In this document: one piece after another, positions 13,188 through 25,443 of the stretch
How positions within the stretch are numbered: position 1 is the first letter of the stretch
How the letters are laid out: each line of letters starts with the position of its first letter
From: Eledone cirrhosa
Lineage: Eukaryota
NCBI GenBank assembly: GCA_964016885.1
Contig: OZ024740.1
Span: forward strand, 184,698,001 to 184,762,000
DNA: 64,000 bases
Reading direction: 5' to 3'
The notes under the pieces: model-generated
Told to the model about the DNA's origin: nothing
Seen by the model: only the letters and a program-made list of their open reading frames with translations
Databases searched by the model: none
Program-made: the position numbers and the translations under genes

Positions 13188-13938
13188 CGATAGACATAAT
13201 GACAACCTCTTAGAGAAACTATTCTTCAACCCAGCTGACAAAACTTATAAGATGAGTAAAATGTATCCTACTAAGTTACCCTTTAATAAAAGAGTTTGTA
13301 TACCACAACAAATAGATGACGTGACAGAGGCACAGTTCACCATAGCTAGAAATAAAATTAGACAAATAGTAGACCGATATACTAAGGGACAAAGCAGACC
13401 AGAGGTCCAACAACTTGGAAGGAAACCTGTAGAAGGCTTAGTTAGCCTCAAGCAGCACACAAGGGATGGTGAGGTAGAGTGTCTACCCACAAATAAATGT
13501 GGTAGGATGTCGATAGACAGCATGCCGAACTACATCAAGGCTATGCAACCCCACATCACCAACATGAGCAAAATTACACAACAAACACACGAGAGGAGAG
13601 AGAAGATCCTCAACGCTCATATGATGATGTGGACCGACATCCTAAAGCCAAGCAGACGCACTGCCAACAATTTCCAGGCGTCTAACAATGACATACCACT
13701 CTTAGATGCGCTCCGCAAAGACCATAAGACAGGTGACAACTCGACGACAGGACCACCAACAAGACCTGTATGCGGAGCCAATATCGTTAGCAACTACAGG
13801 ATCTCCTACTTCCTCTCAGTGGTTATACACCCCATAATTAAGATGTCCCCAGATGCATGTGACAGTACAGAGGACCTGCTCAGCAGAATCAATGAGTGCA
13901 ACAAAAAAAAAAACGTATCGAACTGCATAATAGGCAGT

Positions 13939-14717
13939 CATCATCATCATCATCATCAACGTTTAACATCCGTGTTCCACGCTTGCATGGGTTTGGACGG
14001 GGGTAGTCTCACTTGAGGCAAGAGTGATTTTCTTGCTCGCATAGGACTGTCTGGCAGGTTTTCTACAGTTGGATGCCCTTCCTAACACCAACCACATTTA
14101 CAGTGTGGGTCTGGGAGGTTTTTACCGTGTTGCCTACACGGCTACATTACAGCGTGGACTGTGTGTTTTTTGTCGTGACACCTACACGATCTCATTTGTT
14201 TCGGCCTGGATGGCGCGGCACCAACATAACTTTACATAGAACGGGGTGGTGTGGATGGGGTGGGGGTTGTGGTGGTGGGACGTGGTGTATTTTGTTAGAG
14301 ATGCCTACTGGCAAGGCGGGTCTTCTCTATTACTGAGTACCGCCAAAGGTCTCGGTCCAGTGACATTGTCTTGGTGAGGTGTAAGTGTGTGAGGTCGGTG
14401 TTTATCAGCTCGTCCCAGGTTTTTCTGGGTCTGCCTATTCCGTGGCTACCATCTATCTTTATTGCCCTGCACTTTGTTATACAGCTATCATCCTTCATGC
14501 GCATCACGTGACCATACCAACGTAGCCTTCTCTCTAGTAAACAACATCTGATCCCTCTTATTTCTAATTTTTTCCTTAGTTCGTTTATGCTTTGTCGTTC
14601 ACGTATATTACTATTACACATCCAGCGGAGCATGCAAGCTTCGTTTCTCTCTAGTCTGCGTATATCCTCTGCACACAATGCCCAGGTCTCACTGCCATGC
14701 AACATTGCTGTTCGTAT
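13939..14717 (-). mobile_element. 5'-truncated RTE inserted into PLE RT motif A
   Basis: (CAT)n tail, RTE 3'UTR and C-terminal ORF; GCAGT repeated at 13934-13938 and 14718-14722; removal restores IIGSMDVKSLYPSI. Confidence 0.93.
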
Positions 14718-16910
14718 GCAGTATGGACGTGAAATCACTGTACCCATCCATTAACATAGATTTTGCTGTGGAAAAATGTGTGTAAATAATCAATGAGAGT
14801 GAGGTGGAGTTCTGCAACATCGACACAGATGAACTGGGCCTCCAGGTTAGACTTACTTATTACACTGAGTACCTAGACAGCCATGACCGTAGCCATTTCT
14901 GCCCCAGTAGACCCATAAGAGGTAGACCCCCCACCAAAACCTCAATGGCAAAAAAGACTCCCATGGGAAGGTGGATTGGGTGGACCAAAGCCTTACGGAC
15001 ACCCATAAACAATGATCAGGTGGAAAAATGGTTGCGCATGCAATAGGAGCTAGTATTAAAACTACGCTAAAGGGCCATATATTCAAATTCAATGAAAAGA
15101 TCTACACCCAAAATGAGGGAGCATCCATTGGCGTCAGCGTAGCTGGTGATGTTGCCAACCTTTTTATGGTATGGTGGGAAGGGAGACTCAAACATCTCCT
15201 TGAAGAGAGCTCCATAAACCTCATCATGTACTCTCGTTATGTTGACGATATTAATATAGTAATAAGTACACCCCCACAAGAAAGTACTAACGAACATGAT
15301 TTAGAATATAGCACAATGGAAAGCATCCATCAAATAGCTAACTCCATACAACAGAGTATAACTGTAACTATGGACTACCCTTCCAAACACCCTAACAATA
15401 GACTACCAGTATTAGACACGGAACTGTGGATTAACACTATAGACGTGAGGGCCCAAATCCTCCACTCACATTATGCTAAACCCATGGCCTTCAAATACCT
15501 GATACTCAAAAACTCAGCAATGTCCAGTAGTGCTAAGTTTAATATTCTGATCGCAGACATGGTACGAGTGATGAAGAATGTGTCACGCATGTGCGACACA
15601 ACAGAAATGGAAAGACACATCCAACACTTTTGTCAACTGCATGCAGTTCTCTGGCTACAACCAAAGAGACAGAATTAGAGTATATAAAGGAGCCACGGAG
15701 AAGTATAAGACCCTGATAGAACTGGACATGAAAGGAATTTGCCCATTATACAGGAGCAAATAATGGAAAAGCCTAGATAGGACTGAACATAAGATAGGGA
15801 AAGCCACTTCATGGTACGACAACCAGAGATACCAGAGTGTCATGTCATGGACGCTACCCCTGGAGAGAAATTAGCTAATCAACGTAGAAAGGCTCTGAGA
15901 AAGACCCACTTAAATATTAATGGTAGAAAAGCCAGGAACTACAATGAAATCCCTGATCAGCAAAATATACCCTTTTAAGAAAACCCACTGTACTAATAAG
16001 AAATGTGTTTTATGTAAAGTAAACCCCCAGATAATCTGTAAAACTAGAAATGTAGTCTATAGCATAATATGTACAGAGGGTACTTTCAGAAACATGACAA
16101 CAACATACATAGGTGAGATAGCTCAAAACATAGTAGAAAGAATAGACCAACACTGGGGGGAATTAAAAGGACAAAAAAGTGGTTCAATACTATACGAACA
16201 TGCCAGACAACAACATGATGGTAACATAGACAAAACAGAAATTAAAATAGTATCTAAACATAGAAATGACCCAACAGGTAGGCAAATCAGAGAAGCAAGC
16301 AAAATAGAGCTTAGAAAGCCAAAGCTAAACAGAAAAAAATTAATGGAATAAGAACAACACCCAAACAAACAATACTGACTTAAGAGAAATATAAATAAAT
16401 AAATAAATAAATAAATAAGTATATACACAAGCACAAACAACAATAAATATATACACAAGTACAAACAACAAATACATATAAACACAACTAATAAACTAAG
16501 ATACAATACAATAACCAAAACACAGTCACCCAAATGCGAACACACACACCAAACACTATACACACACGCAAACACATGTGCAGAGACAAAGACATATATA
16601 AATAAATAAATAAACAGATAAAATAAAATTGGTGTAGATATACAATACAACAGGAGGAAACATAAGAGTACCACTGATGATGTTGCAGATGTGCAACAAA
16701 AGAACTTTGTTAGACTATATGTATGTATTTATATCTATGTTTAACCTTTGGTTAAGCAGTCATAAAAATTGATGGCCAAATGAATTAACTATGAAGATAT
16801 AAAAGATGCAGAGGCGAAAACCAACCAAACAGTGAGTGTGTTCTGTCATTTTTTCTAGCAATATTATTACAACAATATGACCCTCCCCAAGTATAACAAT
16901 ATATATATGT

Positions 16911-17245
16911 GGAGGCACATGGCTTAGTGGTTAGAGCATTGGCCTTGCAATCAAAAGGTTGTGAGTTCAATTCTCAGACCGGGTGATGTGTTGTTTCCTT
17001 GAGCAAGACACTTTATTTAACATTGCTCCAGTTTACTCAGCTGTAGAAATGAGATGATAGGGACTGGGGTCCCTATCATTCCACTGAATGTGCCATGGCA
17101 AAAAGGCACTCAGCACTCACTGTAAATGAGGTTGGTGTTAGTAAGGGCATCCAGCTGTAGAAATCAAGCCAGAATTAGTTCCCGTCCAACCCTTGCAAGC
17201 AGGGAAAAAGCGGACGTAAAATGAAATGATGATGATGATGATGAT
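16911..17245 (+). mobile_element. tRNA-derived CORE-type SINE head joined to an RTE-derived 3' tail
   Basis: A-box TGGCTTAGTGG, B-box GAGTTCAATTC, CORE-like TTGTTTCCTTGAGCAAGACACTTTA; from ~17087 RTE 3'UTR sequence ending in (GAT)n. Confidence 0.8.
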
Positions 17246-17251
17246 ATATAT

Positions 17252-17294
<43 letters not shown>

Positions 17295-17422
17295 TATATA
17301 ATATATATATATATATAATATATGTATATAATATATATATATATATAATATATATATATATTATATATATATATATATATCCCTGCTGTCCACTTTATCC
17401 TTTGCCACAGATATATATATGT

Positions 17423-20270
17423 CATCATCATCATCATCATCATTTTACGTCCGATTTTCCCTGCTTGCAAGGGTGGGACGGGTCTTATTCAGCACAGCAT
17501 CTCTCCACACGTCACGGTCCCTCGTCATCTCCACCGTGAGCTTCAATGATCTGAGGTCTGTTCTCACCACCTCCGCCCATGTTTTTCGTGGTCTACCTCT
17601 ACCACTTGTTCCTTCAACTGGCATTTCCTGGCACTTCTTCACCCATCGGTCATCCTCCATGCGCATCACATGTCCATACCACCTCAGTCTCCTCTCCCGT
17701 ACGCTACATTCTATCCCTCTCAGACACAGTTTCTCTCTCAACACATTTATGCTGGGTCGTTCACGCACATTTACACTGCACATCCAACGGAGCATGCTTG
17801 CCTCATTTCTCTCCAGCCGTCGCATATCCTCTGCCGTTGCTGCCCATGTCTCACTACCATGCAGCATCGCGCTCCTCACACAGGCATCATACAACCGGCC
17901 TTTCGTACGCAGGGAGAAACCCTTCTTCGTCAACAGAGGAAGCAGCTCCCTAAACTTCTTCCAACCCGTCTTTATTCTAGATACTATGGCCTCAGAACAC
18001 CCTACTCCCATGCTAATCTGATCTCCTAGGTACCGGAAGCTATCCACCACTTCTATAGCGCCCTCTTGCATTTGAAAAATGTGTCTATCAGTGCGACTTC
18101 TACTGTCTAATTTCCCTGTACATCTACTGCATACATATTTCTCCCTACCTGTTAGTTTGCCTGCTATCCCGCTACATCTCTTGTGTACCCAGGATCTGCA
18201 TTGTGTGCATTTTATAGAATTTATGCCAGTTCCTTTTCTGCATATCCAACATGGCCATTTCCCTGACGGAATCAGGGTTTTGTCCTCTTTTCTACTCATC
18301 AACACTTTTGTCTTAGCTAGATTCACTCTCAGTCCTCTTGCTTCCAACTGCTGTTTCCATAGCCAGAATTTATTCTCTAGCTCCTCTACTGATTCTGCTA
18401 TAAGAACCAGATCGTCAGCATAGAGAAGTTCCCATGGACAGCCAGTCTTAAACTCCTCTGTTATGGCTTGGAGGACTATAATGAACAAGAGCGGGCTGAG
18501 GACCGAACCCTGATGTACTCCTACTTGTATCTGGAATTCCTCACTAAACTCCATTCCTACCCTGACTTTACTGAGAGTACCTCTGTACAAAGTTTGCACT
18601 GTCCTCACAAGCCATTCCTCAACACCCAGCTTCCTTAGGGACCACCAGATGACAGATCGGGGTACCCTATCAAAGGCCTTCTCTAGGTCAACAAAGGCTA
18701 AGTATAGTAGCTTATTCTTCTCTAAGAACCTCTCTTGCATTTGTCTCACCAAGAAGAGGGCATCTGTTTTACTCTTCCCAGGCACAAAACCAAACTGCAT
18801 CTCATCTAGTTTGACCCTTTCTCTAATTAGTTGTGCTAAAATACTTTCTGCCACTTTCATAACCTGATCTATCAGTTTTATACCCCTATAATTGCTCCTC
18901 TCCAAAGCCTCCCCTTTACCTTTGTAGCAATTTATGAGAATACTGCTGCACCAGTCTTTGGGTATGACACCACCATATATAGCCTGATTGATGATGCGTG
19001 CAACCAGTTTAGTGCCTACGTCCCCTGATGCCTTCAGCATCTCAGCAACTATTCCCGATGGTCCGGCCGCCTTACCATTTTTCATTTCCCTAATCGCCTC
19101 TTGGACCCTATATTCGTCAATCTCAATAGCTGGTCCCTCTGTTGGATCTACCAAGGGTAATTTCTCTCTCTCCCATTCGTTCTCCACATTCATCAGTCTC
19201 TCATAATGACATTTCCAGGCCTCCTTTTTCTGATCATTCGTGACACTAAGTACACCGGCATCATCCCGGACACATTTATCTCCAACAACATCCTGATTTG
19301 CTTTGACACACTGCCTTGCAATGTGGAACACCGCACGCCTCTGATCTTCCCGTCGCAGAACATTGGCAAACCTCCTACTCTCTGCCTCCCTGCGTGCTAA
19401 GTACACCTGACGTCTAGCTTCTCTCTTAGTGGCTGTATATTCTTCCCTACTCCCACCCTTTTTCCAAGCCTTCCATGCTAGTCTTTTGTCTCTAATAGCC
19501 TTATCTACTGTGCTGTTCCACCACCAGGTCACTCTCTGTCTGGTTGGAGCTCTGCTCCAGCCACAGGTTTCATCAGTAGCCTGCAGCAAGTTGTTACGTA
19601 AGAACTTCCAGTCATTATCTATGTCATACGTCTCTAAATCGTCTTCTTTTTCGTCATATACATCTTGAAGGGCTTTCCTAAATTTGTATTTTATTGAAAG
19701 GTCTTTTAGCTTCCAGACCTTTCTTCTCCACACCTTCCTATATGTCTCATTCCATCTCTTGCTTACTGAGATATCACTAACAACTAACCTATGCTGTGGG
19801 GTACATTCTTCCCCAGGGTATGCCTTGGTATTATACACTATCTGCCTGTCCCGCTGCCTAACTAGCAGGAAGTCAATCTGGCTTATGTGCTCACCAGATT
19901 TGTAGGTTATTAGGTGATTGGCAGGTTTCTGGAAGTTTGTGTTGCAAATAGTCAATGTACTCGCATCACAAAATTCAAGAAGTCTCACTCCTTCTTCATT
20001 TCTTGAACCGTAACCGTGCCCACCATTTACCCCAGTGTAACCATCCTGGAGCTGTCCAACATGACCATTGAAGTCTCCTGCTAGCATAACGATGTATCCG
20101 TCCTCTGTCATTGTGGTTGTTTGCAAAAGTTGCTCATAAAAGCAGTCTTTCTCATCTTTGCCTAGGCCTGCTTGGGGAGCATAGACCGAGATGATTGTCA
20201 GTAGTCTCCTACCTACAACTAATCTAAGCTTAATTATTCGATTACTAACTCGAACTACCTCTATTGTCTT
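17423..20270 (-). mobile_element. Young RTE LINE (second subfamily), 5'-truncated within APE
   Basis: Uninterrupted frame over ~940 codons, very short 3'UTR, (CAT)n tail. Confidence 0.97.
17445..20270 (-). CDS. RTE polyprotein (partial APE, RT with YADD, PHD-like finger, thumb)
   Basis: ORF track 17445..20366; the first ~32 aa derive from flanking DNA. Motifs AGDFNGH, IDFLL, AFVDLEKAFD, QGSVLSP, YADD, C2-C2-H-C-C2, FRYLG. Confidence 0.9.
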   Translation of the reverse strand, partial: KTIEVVRVSNRIIKLRLVVGRRLLTIISVYAPQAGLGKDEKDCFYEQLLQTTTMTEDGYIVMLAGDFNGHVGQLQDGYTGVNGGHGYGSRNEEGVRLLEFCDASTLTICNTNFQKPANHLITYKSGEHISQIDFLLVRQRDRQIVYNTKAYPGEECTPQHRLVVSDISVSKRWNETYRKVWRRKVWKLKDLSIKYKFRKALQDVYDEKEDDLETYDIDNDWKFLRNNLLQATDETCGWSRAPTRQRVTWWWNSTVDKAIRDKRLAWKAWKKGGSREEYTATKREARRQVYLARREAESRRFANVLRREDQRRAVFHIARQCVKANQDVVGDKCVRDDAGVLSVTNDQKKEAWKCHYERLMNVENEWEREKLPLVDPTEGPAIEIDEYRVQEAIREMKNGKAAGPSGIVAEMLKASGDVGTKLVARIINQAIYGGVIPKDWCSSILINCYKGKGEALERSNYRGIKLIDQVMKVAESILAQLIRERVKLDEMQFGFVPGKSKTDALFLVRQMQERFLEKNKLLYLAFVDLEKAFDRVPRSVIWWSLRKLGVEEWLVRTVQTLYRGTLSKVRVGMEFSEEFQIQVGVHQGSVLSPLLFIIVLQAITEEFKTGCPWELLYADDLVLIAESVEELENKFWLWKQQLEARGLRVNLAKTKVLMSRKEDKTLIPSGKWPCWICRKGTGINSIKCTQCRSWVHKRCSGIAGKLTGREKYVCSRCTGKLDSRSRTDRHIFQMQEGAIEVVDSFRYLGDQISMGVGCSEAIVSRIKTGWKKFRELLPLLTKKGFSLRTKGRLYDACVRSAMLHGSETWAATAEDMRRLERNEASMLRWMCSVNVRERPSINVLREKLCLRGIECSVRERRLRWYGHVMRMEDDRWVKKCQEMPVEGTSGRGRPRKTWAEVVRTDLRSLKLTVEMTRDRDVWRDAVLNKTRPTLASRENRT

Positions 20271-22443
20271 ATATGTATATATATATAATATATACATATA
20301 TATATCTGTGGCAAAGGATAAAGTGGACAGCAGGGAATGCAGTGCATGATGTAGGCCAATCAACATGGCAGAGAGTGGGGCAGTGGAGTTATAATCTTAC
20401 TTCGGAAAATTATTTGCCCCTCTTTGAATGTGATATGAACTAATTTTAATGTGACAAATTGCACTTCTACAAACAGGCCATTCTTTGGGCTTGATACCCG
20501 TCTCCACTACACTTAATCCCCCCCCCCCCCCCCAATTAATAATACCCTAACAATGAGCCTGCCATAATGACCCTTATTGGTTATGAAAGAAATCTGAGAA
20601 AATATAACCTACAATTAAGGATATATTTAAAATTCATTTGTAAATCAGTTCAATTCTTCATTTCATCGATCATTCTGCTATAAAATGTATCAGAGGATGT
20701 TCTACCAACATTTTTTTCAAAAGTTCTTTATTCATGTAAATGAAGACCAAATTACTCAATCTCTTGGGAACAATATAATTATTCACTCACTTTAATGAAG
20801 AAAACGATCTCTCAGGAAAAAATGTGGCAAGTATGGCCAGAATCATTGTCAACCAAATGTTTTCAGAGAAAAATTATAGAATTCAGATAGGTCTTAGAGT
20901 GTTTGTGTCTTGTCAAATCTGTAATCAAATTGTTCACATTGCAGTAGCTGGAAGTTGTTCATGAGTTCTTATGTTGACAAAATAACAGACATGGGAAACA
21001 AGAATTTCTTCAGAATGGGACATCCCGTCATCCACTCATATTGTTCGTTTAGATTTTCAGTTCAAGCTTTGACTTCTATTTTTTTCAATGATAATAATCT
21101 TCTTCTTTCCAAAACTTCTTATTGCATAGGGTTGAGAAAGTAGAGAGGAAACTGAGCCAACAGACTGTTTTGCCATCATGTGGGTAAATAAAATGTGAAA
21201 AATGTTACAAGGATATAATTTTTTTTAATGAATTGAAACTTTCTTCTAAAAAAAATGTAGGTTTACTAAAATATATTTTTCATGTAACTTTTTTAAAAAT
21301 AATTTTAAATATTTAAAATTAAATTTTAATGCAATTGAATGGATAAATGGATGAAACATTTATATTTTTAATCACCAAAATAAACTTTAATGGTGGCTCC
21401 TTTTTTCTACATGTACGTATAGGCCAAGAAGAAAAGTTTGGGTAGTGTTTACATGAGTGAATTCGAGTCTTGAGTACCAAATAACCGTACAAAAATGTAG
21501 TCTTGTCTATTTCCTTATGTGGGTAGGTAATTGAACAAGTAATTTTTAAATTTCTATTTCAACACAATGAAGCACAATAAACTGTAGAACTGTTGAACTG
21601 ACGTAAGCATATAATAATAACAACACTGAACCTAATACCGTGGCGACAGAATAAATTATGTACTCCTCAAACAGTCAGACTGTACTTCGAACTTGTTGGA
21701 TAGAATTGTGTACCCCAGTTTAGCTGCTGCATAATAGATAGGCAAAAATCACAAGTACACTTGAAGCAATTAATTGGGGTATGATTGTCTGTTTTTAAAT
21801 GATTAAACAATTACACAGCACTTGTTAGATGACACTCAATACCAGTTCAATACATAAAAGGAAAATAAACCAGAATCATCAATAAAGCAAACATGCAAAT
21901 TTACTAAATACATATTTTTGTCTAAATTCATCCAAAAGCTTTAAGTCCTTTGAATATGCTAGTATTTGATCTCATATATATTGGTAGATTGGCAGTATCG
22001 GTAGAGCATAGGACAACATACTTTACAGCATCTAATAACATTTCATCTGAGTCACACAGGGCTTCAGAAATAAATATATTGACAGTGTTTCTGCTGGCTT
22101 AATAGGGCTGGAAAGCATACAGAAAAAAGGTTGGTTTTGTCTTCTCTTAATTTCATGCTCCCTTCTCAATAGGGATAAAAGTACCAGTGGTTTTTTTTTT
22201 ACTATGACAGGAAGGCAAGCAGAGGCAATTTTACTTTGTTCTCTTTAACCTTACTCCAACTCATTTGTTTTCTTCTTTCATACCTCTTCCTAAACGAGAA
22301 TGGAAAATGAAAGCAATTTATTCACTACATTTTATTATTTTTTTCTCTCTACTTAAATATCGCTTGTTTACAATTTATCCTAAGAAATTAAGGAATGGAA
22401 AACACAAATATATATACAAATACACATGCACACACACATATAT

Positions 22444-22492
<49 letters not shown>

Positions 22493-22599
22493 TATATATG
22501 GTGGCCTCAGCCGGATGACTGGAACAGGTAAAAGAGTAAAAGAGCAATATGTATCACAAGTACAATGAGGATAGTGAAAATTAATTTTAATAGTGAAAT

Positions 22600-23402
22600 G
22601 TAACTGCATTTTGGAAGATTATCATCAAAGATTTAGGCATGCCGAAGATTAGCACAAAGATGACCAGAAGGAGCAGTGTATGAAGGTGTGTCATGACATC
22701 GTTGACCATCTTGAAACTAAACCAGACATACTGGCGAGAGACATCACTGGTGAGGAGTCATAAATGTTTGTGTATGACCCAGAGACCAGACACATGAGCA
22801 TTCAGAAGATGAGTCCTGAGTCGATGAGGTTGAAGAAAGCAAGACTATCAAAGTCCAAAGTCAAACTCATCTTGATTGTGTTCTTCAATGTGAGGGCATC
22901 GTCCACATAGATTTCTTGCCACGAGACCAGACAATCAGCCAGTGTGTTTACAAATAGATCCTGCGGTGTTGCTTTGTTCGGTGTGTGATGAGAAAAGGGG
23001 AGAATTGTGGAAGGACAACTAATTGCCTCTTCTTCATGACAACATGCCAGTTCACAATGCAGTTCCTGGCTGAGAACATCAGCATGCTGGTGCAACCTCC
23101 CAACTCATCTGACTTGCTCCATGTGATTTTTTTACCTTTTTCCCAAGCTCAAGAAGGTCATCAAGGGGACCCATTTTCCAGACATGGAAGCCATTAAGTG
23201 GGCCATGATGATGGAGCTGGGGAGAATCCTGGGAAAGTCCTTCCAGGCAATGCATGGAAGCATGGCCAACAAGGAGGGGAAATTGCATTAGACATAGGAG
23301 GCGGGGATTATTTTGAAGGAGAAAACTTGTAGCTTGTAGTTTGAATTTGAAATATATTTCTTTTGCAACCCCAGTCTTGTTTCTTTTCTGACATACTTTG
23401 TA
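22600..23402 (+). mobile_element. Degraded mariner (Tc1/mariner) transposon fragment
   Basis: ITGEES*MFVYDPETR, KSKVKLILIVFFNVRGIVH and QPPNSSDL (YSPDL-like) motifs; right TIR-like end ...TTTCTGACATACTTTGTA. Confidence 0.85.
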
Positions 23403-23543
23403 TGTTGTATGGTTTACCAATGGGTAGATCTGGTCATTTTGATTAGCAAACCATGATGTAATAAGTTGAAGCACTCAATGTAATGCAAATCATCCATCAA
23501 AGATGTGGTATCCCGTGACTGGTGGAAGAATGAAGTTAAATAA

Positions 23544-23578
<35 letters not shown>

Positions 23579-24340
23579 ACACATCTATATATATATATAT
23601 AAAATTTAAACTTGTATAAATTATGCTCTGTTGTGTGTGGTCCTAGATGTGTGTATTACCTGATGGTGTTTTTTTTTTCTTTCTTCCTTATATATATATT
23701 ATTTAAACTTTGTGTTAACTATACTAAATATAATGAAAAGGAAACAACACAAGTATGGCAGTAATATTCTTCTTAAGAATTTGTAGGAATATATTTCAAA
23801 AATTGGTGGTAACTTTATTAATTTCCAGTAACCTTACTAAGATGATAACAATTACAGAAGTTTCTGAGAAATGTAAAAACAGTCATAAATAATAATGTGA
23901 TGATATGCGATGTCATTACGTGACTAGTGTAGCTATAGACTGTACACAATCATCATGTACATACAATAGTATTGTTGTATTGTTCAAGACAGCTTAAGTA
24001 ACAATGATTCTTTATGACAACATACATATAACCTGTAGACATCGTATGCAGGAATCATGACAAGATTCAAGCTAAGAAATAATATTCCAAATACTTTCAA
24101 AGAGTTTGTTAGTATTGATGCCTACTGTCGAATAACCAACCAACCAACTGACTGACATACTTCATTTTATCTTTTCCCTTGTTCTGTTCCCATTTGACTT
24201 GTTATATCTGTTTTTTAGTTTTTTATTTCAGTGTTTCCTCCCTTTTTTTTTTTACACTCATTCAATTCCTTAAGATGTGTATGTGTTAAAGAGTAATGCA
24301 TTGGATAACATATACTAGCAACCCTTACTAACAGGAATGC

Positions 24341-24411
<71 letters not shown>

Positions 24412-24416
24412 TCTCT
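24341..24416. repeat. (CT)n microsatellite
   Basis: Direct reading. Confidence 0.97.
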
Positions 24417-24774
24417 TAGTTGAAGACACTGCTACTGGCATCTATTGGTATTATTGGACCTTGTTATCAATGCATAGTTAAACTGAAGGCCACTTGATCA
24501 ATCAAAAAAGGATTTTACATATAACAATAGAGCTACATAAATTTAGGATCAGTAGTAATATTCTTTATTGTTTAATCAGTAGTAAATAGCATTTGCTGAT
24601 GTTATTTTGTTTGTTTTCTTTAACACAAGCCTGCCCTGATTAAACAGGTTTACTATCACGATTGCTGAAGTCAAGCATATCTAATCTATATTTGTATATC
24701 AGAGACTGTACTGTTAAATCAGTCCTTCTCCACTTTTAAAATAATAGAGTCCAGTTTAAAGGAGATTTGTTAAG

Positions 24775-24889
24775 CTGCATTGCTTAGTGGCTAGAGAATT
24801 GGATTCACAATCGTGAGATAGTGCATTTGATTCCCAGACCAGGTGATGCATTATGTCCTTGAGCAAGACACTTTATTTCATGTTGCTCC
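24775..24889 (+). mobile_element. Diverged CORE-type SINE head
   Basis: GCTTAGTGGCTAGAG...CCAGACC...TGTCCTTGAGCAAGACACTTTATTTCA, homologous to 16911. Confidence 0.75.
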
Positions 24890-24890
24890 T

Positions 24891-25443
24891 TCTGCCAGTA
24901 GGTACAACTGGTAGATAGTATCAGCAATGGACAGACCTACGGAAACAATTTTCTTGTGTCCAATTTGATGAGGTCCACCCACTCAGTAAGCAAATTAGTT
25001 CTGAGATATTTTTGATCAATTCTCTTTTTTTTAAAGGGGTTTTGGCAGCAACTTTTAGTAGGTTGAGTGATCATCTAGAGCCACCCATTTTAAAAAATAT
25101 TCTTTTATTCAGGGACAGGAAGAACTCTTGTAGAAAAATGGCATAGTTAATTTCTTTTATTGATGTAATATATTTTATCAACTGCATAACCATCATAGAT
25201 AAAATGCTTGTGATCACCAGAGTATAATCTAGCTTCAATGCAGCAGATTTATGAACAAAGAAGTATTCCAACTGTGACAATTGCATTGTTGTTTCTAGGC
25301 ACACTATATCATTTTCATTCTTTCTTTAAATGATCTGCAAAATCCAAACCTCATTTACTTACTGAATGGGGTGGAACTCATCAAATGTTTCTATTGGTTT
25401 TTCCATTGCCGATACAATCTATCAGTTACAACTCCTGGCAGAC
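24891..25443. mobile_element. Old MITE-like element with ~90-100 bp imperfect terminal inverted repeats
   Basis: TCTGCCAG..AACTGGTAGATAGTATCAGCAATGGA..TTTGATGAGGTCCACCC..CAGTAAG is mirrored at ~25350-25443. Confidence 0.65.

Larger units (their letters stand above)
12289..16720 (+). mobile_element. Penelope-like retroelement, near full-length, interrupted by a SINE and an RTE
   Basis: N-terminal VLQLLPKFAIY; RT motifs PPTRPVCGA, IIGS|MDVKSLYPSI (split by an insertion), GASIG, YSRYVDD, LPVLD; linker CTNKKCVLC; GIY-YIG NVVYSIIC...TYIGE; poly-Asn tract 12540-12990. Confidence 0.9.

Noticed and set aside
16670-16715. Hammerhead at the 3' end of the 12.3-16.7 kb PLE (CTGATGA-tGTTGC..GCAAC-AAAAG)
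   Set aside because: GAAA is changed to AAAA and stems I and III do not pair convincingly; probably a decayed relic.
16911-16985. tRNA gene
   Set aside because: A and B boxes are present but the acceptor stem does not close, and it continues into a SINE body.
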